This document shows, piece by piece, positions 39,642 through 49,339 of a stretch of 57,230 bases of DNA. A program made the translations under genes and the position numbers. Within the stretch, counting starts at the first letter, position 1. The number at the start of each line of letters is the position of its first letter. The notes under the pieces were generated by a model. That model was not told where the DNA came from. It did not search any database and saw only the letters and a program-made list of their open reading frames with translations. Source of the stretch: a virus (Duplodnaviria > Caudoviricetes); IMG/VR virus record IMGVR_UViG_3300026097_000027, positions 1 through 57,230 of that record. One strand, 5' to 3'.

Positions 39642-39965
39642 ATGGCAACAGGCGTAATAGGTACACCATCAGATTTAGCAGCAGCGACAGATACCACAGT
39701 GTATACTTGTCCTGCAGATACATTCTGTGTGGCTACCATAAACTTAACAAATAGAAATGCATCATCAGTAGCTGTGAGAATTGCAGTTTCGGCAGCTGAC
39801 ACACCAACAGATGCAGAATATATAGAATATGATGCAACAATTCTTGGAAATGGTGTGTTAGAAAGAACAGGTATTGTGTTAGCAGCAGGACAAAAAATTG
39901 TTGTAAGATCTAACACTATTAGTGTTAATGCTATAGCGATGGGCATAGAAACTTCGCTAGTATAA
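39642..39965 (+). CDS. Small virion beta-sandwich protein
   Basis: VYTCPA...IEYD..I..NGVLERTGIVL.AGQ.IVV; paralog of the other small structural proteins. Confidence 0.6.
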   Translation: MATGVIGTPSDLAAATDTTVYTCPADTFCVATINLTNRNASSVAVRIAVSAADTPTDAEYIEYDATILGNGVLERTGIVLAAGQKIVVRSNTISVNAIAMGIETSLV

Positions 39966-39973
39966 GCTAAATA
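39966..39973 (+). promoter_or_regulatory. Late promoter GCTAAATA
   Basis: TAAATA core 19 nt before ATG 39992. Confidence 0.55.
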
Positions 39974-39991
39974 CTTACAAGGGAAATAATT

Positions 39992-40864
39992 ATGGGAAGA
40001 AGAGTTTCGAGCGGTATTAATCCAGGCGGTTTTGGATTTAACTTTTTCGATGATAACACATTAAGATCTGTAGAAGTAGATTCTAACTTGAGGTTAGATG
40101 CAGACGGCACAGGTATTATTCAATCTTTAAAAGATTTTGAAATTTTAGCCGCAAGTAATTTAAGATTTGCAGACAGTGATAGTTCAAACTACATTGGATT
40201 TAAAGCACCTGATACCGTGACTGCCGATTTAATTTGGACCCTGCCAGCAACAGACGGCACCGAAGCACAGCTATTATCTACAGACGGCAGCGGAACATTA
40301 AGCTGGGCAAATCCAGGTGTAACAATTACAGATAACAACGACGATGCTGCCACACATTATCTTACTATTACTCCGACCTCATCTGGCGGTATCAGTGATG
40401 CTCGTATATCCACAACAAAATTATCATTCCAGCCAAGCACAGGATCGTTATCGTTAGGTGGCGGCACTGCATCAACATCGACAACTACTGGAACTATAAT
40501 AGTTACAGGAGGAATTGGATTAAGTGGTGCATTATATGCAGGCGCCGATGTAGTTGCCTATGCATCATCAGATATAAGATTAAAAGAAAATGTTTCAAAG
40601 ATCGATAACAGTTTAGAAAAACTTTCAAAAATTTCAGGATATCAATACTACTGGAATAGTGTTGCAAAAGAAATGTATCCAGAAAGAACAGAGCTCGATG
40701 TAGGAGTTATTGCTCAAGAAGTGCAAGAGGCTCTACCTTCGGCAGTAGTTGAAAGAGAAGATGGGTATCTTGCTGTTAATTATGATAAAATAATTCCGTT
40801 ATTGATAGAATCTATAAAAATTCTAAAAGAAGAATTAGATACAATTAAGGGAGGAGCAGAATAA
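39992..40864 (+). CDS. Tail fibre protein with C-terminal peptidase S74 intramolecular chaperone
   Basis: SSDIRLKENV...L.KISG..Y.W...GVIAQEV...P.AV...YLAVNYDKIIPLLIESIK.L coiled coil. Confidence 0.85.
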   Translation: MGRRVSSGINPGGFGFNFFDDNTLRSVEVDSNLRLDADGTGIIQSLKDFEILAASNLRFADSDSSNYIGFKAPDTVTADLIWTLPATDGTEAQLLSTDGSGTLSWANPGVTITDNNDDAATHYLTITPTSSGGISDARISTTKLSFQPSTGSLSLGGGTASTSTTTGTIIVTGGIGLSGALYAGADVVAYASSDIRLKENVSKIDNSLEKLSKISGYQYYWNSVAKEMYPERTELDVGVIAQEVQEALPSAVVEREDGYLAVNYDKIIPLLIESIKILKEELDTIKGGAE

Positions 40865-41691
40865 TGCCAGTACAACTATCAAACCAAGGCATCGTTTACG
40901 CTAATAACCAACATCAATGTAAGATTGCCGAAGGTTATGAATTGTATGTTTATAATACAAATTGGTGGTCTCCTTGTAACGGAGGTAGATGTTGTCAGTG
41001 GACTGTTCCAGACGGAACTACATCGATAAAGTTTGAAATATTAAGCGGTGGAGGTCCTGGTGGCTCATCAGGTGGCGATTTTGACTACGGAATTGGTGGC
41101 CAAGGTGGTAATTATGCCGTAAAAACCTTACAAAAATCAGTACACGGATTCACAGATGGCAGTACATACACTGTGTGTGCTGCTGGATCATCAGCTTGTA
41201 GTTGTTGCTGTAGATGTAATGTAAATAATCGACACGGTTGTAGAAGTTATGTTACGGGTACAGGACTAAGTAACTTTTGCACAGTCGGTGGTATGGGCGG
41301 TCCGACCATTTGGGATAAGATGTCAAATTGTTATAACTGTCACATTGGTAATGTACAGTGTAATAGAGGATTGTATAACAGCAGCTGGCAAGCAAATGCC
41401 TGTAACGAAGCAGGACGCGGAGCTGATATGGTATTTAGAGGCACAGCAGGGTCAATGAACAGACAGTACAACTGTTGTGCGGACCACTTTTCTGTAGCAG
41501 GTTCCCCTTCAGGGCCATTTAGTGCATCGCACGGAGTGGGAGGTAAGCACCCTTGTGTGGGTAACTTGGCTTGTTGTTCAGCACACGCGGCTTTCCCAGG
41601 TGGCGGCGGTGCAGGTCACTCAACTATGTCACGGAATGCATGTTGGGGCAGTTTTGGTGCTGGCGGCTTAGTAAGAATTACTTATAGTTAA
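40864..41691 (+). CDS. Cys/Gly-rich adhesin-like fibre-tip protein, copy 1
   Basis: Gly-rich motifs (WTVP.G.TSI.FE..SGGGPGG; GGQGGNY..K; PGGGGAG; GAGGLVRITY) and 22 Cys. Directly follows the S74 fibre, like T2-type gp37-gp38. Confidence 0.65.
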   Translation: MPVQLSNQGIVYANNQHQCKIAEGYELYVYNTNWWSPCNGGRCCQWTVPDGTTSIKFEILSGGGPGGSSGGDFDYGIGGQGGNYAVKTLQKSVHGFTDGSTYTVCAAGSSACSCCCRCNVNNRHGCRSYVTGTGLSNFCTVGGMGGPTIWDKMSNCYNCHIGNVQCNRGLYNSSWQANACNEAGRGADMVFRGTAGSMNRQYNCCADHFSVAGSPSGPFSASHGVGGKHPCVGNLACCSAHAAFPGGGGAGHSTMSRNACWGSFGAGGLVRITYS

Positions 41692-41702
41692 GGAGAAAAC
41701 AT

Positions 41703-42419
41703 ATGGAAAATATAACTAAAACACTAACTTATAGTATACCAGACGAACTGTATTCTACCGAAACTAAGTTAGGAAAGACAAGCACTCAGGTATATAATGG
41801 CCCTTCTGAGATAATATGTTGGGTCAATAAAGAAACTGGGTATTTAGAAGAAACTCACAGTCCGGACGAGGAACCTGATTGCCCATTACCATTGCATCTT
41901 AGAAGAGAAGTTCTAAGTGCAAATACTGACGAAAACATCATAAAAATTGCACTGCTATGGGGCGGCATAGAAGCACCAAAAGTTTACGAAGTTAAAGTTG
42001 GGCCTGAGGATCAACCAAATGCTATACTTCCTGATCCAAGCCATATTGCAGAAGTGTATGATGAATATGCATTATACAATGATTATAAAGCACCGTTAAA
42101 GTTTGTTGAATTTGATAGAGACAGATCATGGAATTTCCTTAGAGAGGAAAGAAATCATAGATTATATATGAGTGACGGTAAGCTTGCAGAAGACATGCCT
42201 GCATCATTAAAGCAACAATGGAGTGATTATAGACAAAAACTTAGAAACATGCCAAATGAATGGGACGGAGTTCCTGGATATTTGGTAAGGTTCCCTATAG
42301 CACCGGATGAAGGTGTTGATCCAAACTTTAATGACCCAGAAGTACCAGTAATTATGATTGCTGATAGAACTGAGGAAGATAATGATGCAATCGGACAATT
42401 CCCAAAGGGTGTTGAATAA
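41703..42419 (+). CDS. Tail fibre assembly chaperone-like protein
   Basis: C-terminal W..LR.ERN..L..SD......D.P......W..YRQ.LR..P motif of phage tail assembly chaperone domains. Confidence 0.7.
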   Translation: MENITKTLTYSIPDELYSTETKLGKTSTQVYNGPSEIICWVNKETGYLEETHSPDEEPDCPLPLHLRREVLSANTDENIIKIALLWGGIEAPKVYEVKVGPEDQPNAILPDPSHIAEVYDEYALYNDYKAPLKFVEFDRDRSWNFLREERNHRLYMSDGKLAEDMPASLKQQWSDYRQKLRNMPNEWDGVPGYLVRFPIAPDEGVDPNFNDPEVPVIMIADRTEEDNDAIGQFPKGVE

Positions 42420-43246
42420 TGCCAGTACAACTATCAAACCAAGGTATCATTTTTAGTAATAACCAACATCAATGTAAAATTCCTGAAGCTTTTGAACTAT
42501 ATGTTTATGATACAGATTGGTGGTCTCCTTGTAACGGAGGTAGATGTTGCCAGTGGACTGTTCCAAACGGAATCACATCGATAAAGTTTGAAATATTAAG
42601 CGGTGGCGGTCCTGGTGGCTCATCAGGCGGCGACAACGATTTTGGCATTGGTGGCCAAGGTGGTAATTATGCCGTAAAAACTTTACAAAAATCAGTACAC
42701 GGGTTTAACGACGGCGACACATACACTGTGTGTGCTGCTGGATCATCAGCTTGTAGTTGTTGCTGTCGGTGTAATGTAAATAATCGACATGGGTGTAGAA
42801 GTTATGTTACGGGTACAGGACTAAGTAACTTTTGCGCAACTGGCGGCATGGGTGGTCCGACTATTTGGGACAAAGTGTCAAACTGTTATAACTGTCACAT
42901 TGGTAATGTCCAGTGTAATAGAGGAATATATAATAATACTTGGCAAGCAAATGCCTGTAACGAAGCAGGATATGGAGCTGATATGGTATTTAGAGGCACA
43001 GCAGGTTCAATGAACAGACAGTACAACTGTTGTGCAGACCACTTCTCAGTCGCAGGTTCTCCTTCAGGGCCATTTTTTGCATCACATGGAGTGGGAGGTA
43101 AGCATCCTTGCACAGGTAACTTGGCTTGTTGTTCAGCACACGCGGCCTTCCCTGGTGGTGGCGGCGCAGGTCATGTAACATCGTCACGAAACGCATGTTG
43201 GGGTTCCTTTGGCGCTGGCGGCTTAGTAAGAATTACTTACAGGTAA
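42419..43246 (+). CDS. Cys/Gly-rich adhesin-like fibre-tip protein, copy 2
   Basis: 275 aa, differing from copy 1 at 26 positions by manual count (~90% identity). Confidence 0.65.
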   Translation: MPVQLSNQGIIFSNNQHQCKIPEAFELYVYDTDWWSPCNGGRCCQWTVPNGITSIKFEILSGGGPGGSSGGDNDFGIGGQGGNYAVKTLQKSVHGFNDGDTYTVCAAGSSACSCCCRCNVNNRHGCRSYVTGTGLSNFCATGGMGGPTIWDKVSNCYNCHIGNVQCNRGIYNNTWQANACNEAGYGADMVFRGTAGSMNRQYNCCADHFSVAGSPSGPFFASHGVGGKHPCTGNLACCSAHAAFPGGGGAGHVTSSRNACWGSFGAGGLVRITYR

Positions 43247-43261
43247 GGGTGTAGAATAAAC

Positions 43262-43302
43262 TTGCCACATTATTAACTACCAGTTAATTGGCAAAATAAA
43301 TA
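43262..43302 (+). promoter_or_regulatory. Hairpin (43262-43294) followed by late promoter AATAAATA (43295-43302)
   Basis: Stem TTGCCA..ATTAACT/AGTTAAT-TGGCAA; the late core lies immediately upstream of the enzyme cluster. Confidence 0.55.
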
Positions 43303-43329
43303 TCATAGCAACAGCAATTCGCAGAGGTT

Positions 43330-44271
43330 ATGATATTAATGAAAAAAGCATTTTTTATAAACGGTGGCGCAGGTAGAGTTCTCTGCGCCATCCCCGCCCT
43401 TGAACACCACGTACAACATATAGACCCAACAGCAGTTATCGTTGTCGAAGGCTGGATAGATCTATACTTAACTAGTAAAATATTAACATCTAATGTATTT
43501 CCTGCTAACGATCCAAATCTTTTTGAAAAATTAAAAGACAGAGAGATTATTACTCCTGAACCTTATAAACTTAATGCGTATTTTACTCAAAGATGTAATC
43601 TAGTTCAAGCCTTTGATATGTTGATTAATTATGATGTTCCACCCGAAACTATTCCAAAAACAAAAGAATATAATAATCTTTTTATTGGTAAAAAAGATAT
43701 CGCAACAGGAGAGGAATTAGTTAACGAGGCAAGAAGGCATTTTAAAAAAGAAAAGGTAATAATATTTCAGCCATTTGGATCTACTGCTACAATGCACGGC
43801 GGAGTTATTGTTGATGAAAGTGGCAGATCGTTCGAAGTTAGCGATATTATAACAATACTTGAAGAGTTGAATAAAGACTATGCCGTCATTCTAATGAGCG
43901 AATTAAAAATACCCACAGAAAAAGCACTTAATGTAATGCTTCCGGAACAAGCTAGTTTATTACAATGGACTGGCATTATTAATGCTGCTGATTATTTCCT
44001 AGGATGTGACTCGGTAGGTCAGCATGTTGTGCATGCTCTAAAAAAACCAGGCACAGTAGTCATAGGAAGTACATTCCCTGAAAATATTTCGTATCCTGAT
44101 AGTAGCACTCTTAAAATAATAGATAACGGTGAAGGGCAAAGATTGTATTCTCCATTAAGAGTTGTAGTGGATGTTAGAATTGATAGACACAATGAAAATC
44201 TAATGAAACTCAGCAAAGATACAATTAATAAAATTATTGAGCAGATAAGAACTACCTTAGGAAAAAAATAA
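43330..44271 (+). CDS. Glycosyltransferase, GT9 (ADP-heptose heptosyltransferase)-like
   Basis: N-terminal GG.GR.LC.IPAL, IIFQPFGS, and W.GII..ADYFLGCDSVGQHV.HAL.KP..V..GST GT-B motif. Confidence 0.7.
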   Translation: MILMKKAFFINGGAGRVLCAIPALEHHVQHIDPTAVIVVEGWIDLYLTSKILTSNVFPANDPNLFEKLKDREIITPEPYKLNAYFTQRCNLVQAFDMLINYDVPPETIPKTKEYNNLFIGKKDIATGEELVNEARRHFKKEKVIIFQPFGSTATMHGGVIVDESGRSFEVSDIITILEELNKDYAVILMSELKIPTEKALNVMLPEQASLLQWTGIINAADYFLGCDSVGQHVVHALKKPGTVVIGSTFPENISYPDSSTLKIIDNGEGQRLYSPLRVVVDVRIDRHNENLMKLSKDTINKIIEQIRTTLGKK

Positions 44272-46094
44272 TGGAAAAAACAGGTTATATAGCAGGCATT
44301 GCTCGAGGACACAACGCAGGCGTATGCCTTTTAAAGGATGGCGAAATTGTATTTGCAATCGAAGAAGAAAGATTATCTCGCCAAAAATATGACGGCGGAC
44401 CGCTCGCGAGTATGGTCAAAATTCTTGATTATACTGACAAGATCGATTATTTGGCAATATCTCACACACAAGATCATGACGAGCCGATGAACGATTATGT
44501 AAGGCAAGATGTGTATTCTGCACTTGCTAGGAAGTTGAGATTAATCGACGATGTCGATACCCAAGTATTTAAATATCACGATCAACATCATAGAAGTCAT
44601 GCGGCCGCCGCGTTTTATAGATCTGGATTTGAGAAAGCAAGTGCTGTTATTGTCGACGGCGCAGGCACATTTATTGAACGTCCTGATGGCCAAACTATGT
44701 TTGAAGTTGAAAGTATATATGATTGTTCATACCCTGCAAACTTCGAGGAAGTGTACAAGCATTTTGGAGGCAACGGACCTTGGAGTACTGAACACTATAA
44801 TAGTGACGGCAATGGTACAGAAGTTATAATTAACGATAAAGCAGGTATTGTTAAAGCATACGAAGCGGTAACTAGATTTTGTGGATTCGACTCAATAGAA
44901 GCGGGTAAAACTATGGGTTTGTTTCCGTATGGAGAACCGAACAAAGCACCTAAGATTTATGGTAATTTTGGCGGTAATAAAGATCTATTTACTAATACAT
45001 ATCCAAATGGAGCATGGGTTGATGATTCGCAATTTCCGGAAATTAGAGACAGACTTTACGACCCTAATGAAATAGTTAATGCTGTTACAGACCCAAATGA
45101 TGAAAATCAAAAAAATAAAGCCAATGAACTTTTACAAAAATCAGATGCAGAAGATGTTACATTACTGCCGTCACGACGAAATATGGCGTATAATGTTCAG
45201 GTAGAATCACAACAATTAGTGCTTGATTTAATTTTAAAATCAATTGAACGAACCGGCAATAAAAACATTGTTATTAGCGGCGGCTATGCTCTAAATTGTG
45301 TTGCTAATTATTTCTTTTTAAAGCATTTACCGAAAGACGTAAAGATATATGTTGAACCTGTTTCGAACGATGCAGGTACAGCTATAGGTGCAGCATTTTA
45401 TCATTACTATAAAACATCTCAAGATACAAAAGTAAGATCAAAAGATGAAAATTTATTTTTAGGTCCGGTACAACACATAACAGAAGAAAAAATTGTCGAA
45501 TGTGCTAAAAAATACGACGGCACTATAGAATACAATGTCGATTACGAACAAGTCATCGACACTATTAGACAGAAAAACATTGTAGCATTGTATCAAGAAC
45601 GAGGTGAAAGTGGACCTCGAGCATTAGGTAATCGTTCACTAATGTATGATCCAACAGATCCAGATGGTAAGGATTTTGTTAATTTGGTTAAGAAGCGTGA
45701 ATACTTCCGCCCGTTTGCCGCATCGGTGCTGCATGATGATGTACATGACTGGTTTGATTTGCGCGGTATGGAAGATTCTCCAAGTATGATGTATGCAGTT
45801 AATTGCCAATCAGGTGTAAAAGAAAAAATACCAGCAGTTATACACATAGACGGCACCTGTAGAATTCAAACTGTAACAGAGGAACAAAACTTTCATTGGT
45901 ATAATCTAATTAAAGAATTCAAAAATCAAACAGGAGTGCCTGCACTTTTTAATACAAGTTTTAATCTAGGTGGTGAACCATTAGTAGAAACTATCGATGA
46001 TGCAATGCGTACTCTTTACAATTCAGGAATTAATTACATCTATTTTCCTGCAACAAAAATGTTAGTAAATATAAATCATAACGAACGAGAATAA
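44271..46094 (+). CDS. O-carbamoyltransferase, NodU/CmcH/TobZ family
   Basis: HNAG...EEERLSR.K, HH.SHA..AF, DGAG, EAGKTMGL..YG, SGG.ALNCVAN, P..NDAG.A.GAA, ESGPRALGNRS, KKRE.FRPFA, H.DGTCR.QTV, NTSFNL.GEPLVET. Confidence 0.93.
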   Translation: MEKTGYIAGIARGHNAGVCLLKDGEIVFAIEEERLSRQKYDGGPLASMVKILDYTDKIDYLAISHTQDHDEPMNDYVRQDVYSALARKLRLIDDVDTQVFKYHDQHHRSHAAAAFYRSGFEKASAVIVDGAGTFIERPDGQTMFEVESIYDCSYPANFEEVYKHFGGNGPWSTEHYNSDGNGTEVIINDKAGIVKAYEAVTRFCGFDSIEAGKTMGLFPYGEPNKAPKIYGNFGGNKDLFTNTYPNGAWVDDSQFPEIRDRLYDPNEIVNAVTDPNDENQKNKANELLQKSDAEDVTLLPSRRNMAYNVQVESQQLVLDLILKSIERTGNKNIVISGGYALNCVANYFFLKHLPKDVKIYVEPVSNDAGTAIGAAFYHYYKTSQDTKVRSKDENLFLGPVQHITEEKIVECAKKYDGTIEYNVDYEQVIDTIRQKNIVALYQERGESGPRALGNRSLMYDPTDPDGKDFVNLVKKREYFRPFAASVLHDDVHDWFDLRGMEDSPSMMYAVNCQSGVKEKIPAVIHIDGTCRIQTVTEEQNFHWYNLIKEFKNQTGVPALFNTSFNLGGEPLVETIDDAMRTLYNSGINYIYFPATKMLVNINHNERE

Positions 46095-46096
46095 TC

Positions 46097-46723
46097 ATGG
46101 ACTCTCAGGGACAAATTTTTACATTATTTCCTACCCCTCTTTATACATACAAACTAGAAAACACGGAATATACAGATGTACAAGCCGAACTACAGACTGT
46201 AGTTGACGAACTCTATACGAAAGATCAGTGGGGACAAAACCCAAATTGGAATAGTTCTTCGCAGTATCTATCTAATAAAGGAAATTTTATTGAAAATATT
46301 TTAAAGTCTAAAGATATGAAAGCTGTTACGCAATTTATTATGCATCATTGCTACAATTATATGGCAGCGATGAATGTTAAGCCAAATTATAAAACAGCAA
46401 TCGAAACTTCATGGCTTTCACTAACCAAGACTGGACTTTCTTCTCACATTCACGATCACGGAACTAGCCATATTAGCGGAGTGTATTGGTTTAAAACAAA
46501 CGGTAAGGATGGTGACATAGTTTTTAGGAATTCGCATAAGGCATTAAAATGTAATCCAATCGGAAGCTCGTTTGCACACGAGAATTCATTCCCTCCGGAG
46601 CAGGGTAGACTACTGTTGTTTCCTGGATTCTTGGATCATAGCGTTAATGAAAATACAACTAACGAGGACCGTATTAGTTTGTCTTTTAATATCTTGTTAG
46701 AAACTGGTATCACTGTAAATTAG
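46097..46723 (+). CDS. 2OG-Fe(II) oxygenase (TIGR02466-like)
   Basis: LFPTP start, HDH..SHISGVYW, LFPGFLDHSV, RISLSFN. Confidence 0.8.
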   Translation: MDSQGQIFTLFPTPLYTYKLENTEYTDVQAELQTVVDELYTKDQWGQNPNWNSSSQYLSNKGNFIENILKSKDMKAVTQFIMHHCYNYMAAMNVKPNYKTAIETSWLSLTKTGLSSHIHDHGTSHISGVYWFKTNGKDGDIVFRNSHKALKCNPIGSSFAHENSFPPEQGRLLLFPGFLDHSVNENTTNEDRISLSFNILLETGITVN

Positions 46724-46735
46724 TAGAGAGAAAAT

Positions 46736-47464
46736 ATGTTGCACGTTTTTGGAGATAGTTTTTCAATTCCCGATTCTCATAGAAATGAAGTTTTTGGACC
46801 TAAAGGAACTCCTATAACATATCTGCCTTTGGAAAAGAATTGGACCACAATTGTTAACGAAAGCATATATGGAAATAGCGAATATGAGAATCACGCAGTA
46901 CTAGGGTGCTCTAATGATTACATTTATTATAAACTATTCGAAAAAGAACCATTTTTTAAGGATGGAGATTGTATCATAATACAGTTGACTTCTATGTATA
47001 GAGAATGGTTCTTTGAAAATAAACCATACCTAGCGACTAATCTAGGAATCAGTTTGACGCCAGATGTTGAGGTTACCAAAAAAGAATACGAAGCACTGGA
47101 AATGTATAAAAGACACCTGTATTTCGAAAAACGCCCCTTAATACGCTTCAATATGTTTCTTGACTCATTATCACTTAGGACCCAATTATATGGCAAAAAA
47201 AACATTAAGTGTTTGATACTTCCGGGATTCCACAATATTAAAGGAGTAGAAGGAAGCTTGTGTGAAGCATCAGGATTAGAATTTGACTGTGAAAAGACGG
47301 CTATAGCATACTACAATAAAACTGGAGATTATAGATTCAATCATTTTTCAGAAGTTAATCATAAAATTTTGGCAAATAAAATAATTAACTTTTTTGACAC
47401 TTTTGAAAAAGTAGATCTTACAACTGGGTTCGAAACTAATATATATAGTAGGAATGATATTTAG
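46736..47464 (+). CDS. SGNH hydrolase-like protein
   Basis: LHVFGDSFS, A.LGCSN, NHFSEVNH.ILA motifs. Confidence 0.55.
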   Translation: MLHVFGDSFSIPDSHRNEVFGPKGTPITYLPLEKNWTTIVNESIYGNSEYENHAVLGCSNDYIYYKLFEKEPFFKDGDCIIIQLTSMYREWFFENKPYLATNLGISLTPDVEVTKKEYEALEMYKRHLYFEKRPLIRFNMFLDSLSLRTQLYGKKNIKCLILPGFHNIKGVEGSLCEASGLEFDCEKTAIAYYNKTGDYRFNHFSEVNHKILANKIINFFDTFEKVDLTTGFETNIYSRNDI

Positions 47465-47467
47465 AAT

Positions 47468-48082
47468 ATGCTAAAAATACATCTCGAAGGCTATCCTGTA
47501 GGCATTTTAGAATTAGATGCATCGGATCTAAAGACACTACAAGATCATTATCTTCCATTAACACTAAATGGAGAAGACGATGAATATAAAGGTAGCGCCA
47601 GTAGAATTTCTAAAAATTCATCACAACGCTGGGGTGATGCTGATTTTTTTAAAAAATGGAATGACACATTACTTCCCGGACCTTATATTCAAGATTATAT
47701 AGATTCATTCTTATTTAAATTTCAATACACAGTCGAAATGCAAACTTGGTATAATGTTTACAATCAATACGATCACCAACAGTTGCACAATCATATAACA
47801 ACCAATGTACCGGCATTTTCGTCTGTGGTTGTATTAAAACAGTCAAGCCCGGAAGCAGGACAGTTTGTTTTTAGAACACCTAACTTTTCAAACCATTTAA
47901 AATATCTAGAACTGGACCCAATGAATCAGTATCCAAATACTTTTGAGCCTATAATGAAAGAAGGATTATTGATTATATTTCCGTCTTGTCTTGAGCACTA
48001 TGTATATTATAATCAAACAACTGAACCAAGAGTTGTGTTTTCATCAAATATAATAATCAAAAGACAGGGCGATTTGTACTAA
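47468..48082 (+). CDS. 2OG-Fe(II) oxygenase (TIGR02466-like)
   Basis: WYNVY....Q.LHNH, IIFPS.LEHYV, RVVFSSN. Confidence 0.75.
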   Translation: MLKIHLEGYPVGILELDASDLKTLQDHYLPLTLNGEDDEYKGSASRISKNSSQRWGDADFFKKWNDTLLPGPYIQDYIDSFLFKFQYTVEMQTWYNVYNQYDHQQLHNHITTNVPAFSSVVVLKQSSPEAGQFVFRTPNFSNHLKYLELDPMNQYPNTFEPIMKEGLLIIFPSCLEHYVYYNQTTEPRVVFSSNIIIKRQGDLY

Positions 48083-48639
48083 TGGACAATATCATACCAT
48101 TTCCTTTAAGTATTAAACCTTTTAGAGAACACGATCAACTAAAACAACAAATACTAGATGCTATTCTAAGGCAAGAAGATGCAGAACATATCACTGCGCC
48201 TGATAGCGATATTGTCAGGTGTGACTGGAATACAGCAAGGTATGACGGAGACAGAGAATGGCTAAAAATTATAAATATTCCTCTTGCTGTTCATCTCAAC
48301 GAATGGTGTAATACTATGGGGTACCAAACATTTGGAATTACGGAACTTTGGTTTCAGCAGTATGCAAAGGGTGGCAAGCATGCATGGCATACACACAGTA
48401 ACAACTTTACAAATGTATATTATGTAAACTTACCGGAAGATAAAGCACAAACAGAATGGATAAATCCTGTTACAAAAAATATTCACACTTTTGACGTGCG
48501 AGAAGGTGATATTATTACATTTCCTAGCTGGGTAATCCATAGGGCTCCGAATAATAATACAGAAGAAATCAAAACAATTATTTCGTGGAATATGGATGTA
48601 TTGATAGAAGATAGTGATGCTGATAGACTTTACGATTAA
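48082..48639 (+). CDS. 2OG-Fe(II) oxygenase
   Basis: WFQQY....H.WHTH, NVYYV, EGDIITFPS...HRAP, KTIISWN. Confidence 0.75.
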   Translation: MDNIIPFPLSIKPFREHDQLKQQILDAILRQEDAEHITAPDSDIVRCDWNTARYDGDREWLKIINIPLAVHLNEWCNTMGYQTFGITELWFQQYAKGGKHAWHTHSNNFTNVYYVNLPEDKAQTEWINPVTKNIHTFDVREGDIITFPSWVIHRAPNNNTEEIKTIISWNMDVLIEDSDADRLYD

Positions 48640-48657
48640 TAGAGGAAAATTTTTATA

Positions 48658-49323
48658 ATGACCGATGATACACATTGGGCATCGATTAGAGACTTTACCA
48701 ATCTTAGATTTATTGAATCTCGAATGCCTGTAGAATTACAAAATATTTTAAATTTAGAAATAGATAAACTTTCTAAGGACTCTGAACCCTACAACCATAG
48801 ACTACAAGGACATATTAAGGAAGAGTATTCTTTGGATCATGTAAAGAATTATTTTCAAAATTGGTTATTATCTATAGCGAAATCTTGGACCGAATCTAAT
48901 CCGGGGCATTTGGATGAGTTTGAAGAAGTATCTAAATGCAACTCGTATAATTTATATCTAGATAGTTTATGGGTCAACAAACAAAAAAAACACGAGTTTA
49001 ATCCTATACATCATCATTCAGGGGCGTTAAGCTTTGTTATATGGCTTAAAATACCTTATAACTTAGAAGACGAAGTAAATTATTTTCCGTTAATCTCAGG
49101 GACCAGTGATAATCATAAAGATAATTTTTATACATCTAAATTTTGTTTTGTATATAATGACGTACTAGGAAAAATAAAAAACCTGGCTGTACCTGTTGAT
49201 AAGACTTTTGAAGGAACTATACTTATGTTTCCGGCTAGTCTTCAGCACATCGTATATCCGTTTTATACATCAGACGACTATAGAATAAGTGTGTCAGGTA
49301 ACATTAGAATAGACCCGACGTGA
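48658..49323 (+). CDS. 2OG-Fe(II) oxygenase
   Basis: WVNKQ...EFNPIHHHSG..SFVIW, MFPA.L.H.VYPF, RISVSGN. Confidence 0.78.
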   Translation: MTDDTHWASIRDFTNLRFIESRMPVELQNILNLEIDKLSKDSEPYNHRLQGHIKEEYSLDHVKNYFQNWLLSIAKSWTESNPGHLDEFEEVSKCNSYNLYLDSLWVNKQKKHEFNPIHHHSGALSFVIWLKIPYNLEDEVNYFPLISGTSDNHKDNFYTSKFCFVYNDVLGKIKNLAVPVDKTFEGTILMFPASLQHIVYPFYTSDDYRISVSGNIRIDPT

Positions 49324-49339
49324 TAAAGAGTTAACAATT

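Larger units (their letters stand above)
40864..43246 (+). repeat. Direct duplication of an 828-bp gene (40864-41691 and 42419-43246)
   Basis: Long identical nucleotide blocks, e.g. ATGCCAGTACAACTATCAAACCAAGG at both starts. Confidence 0.95.

Noticed and set aside
40864-43246. Diversity-generating retroelement TR/VR pair
   Set aside because: The repeat spans whole genes, the differences are not confined to adenines of one copy, and no reverse transcriptase is present in the window.
40864-43246. Invertible tail-fibre switch (Mu gin / P1 cin type)
   Set aside because: The copies are in direct orientation, and no invertase or inverted crossover sites were seen.
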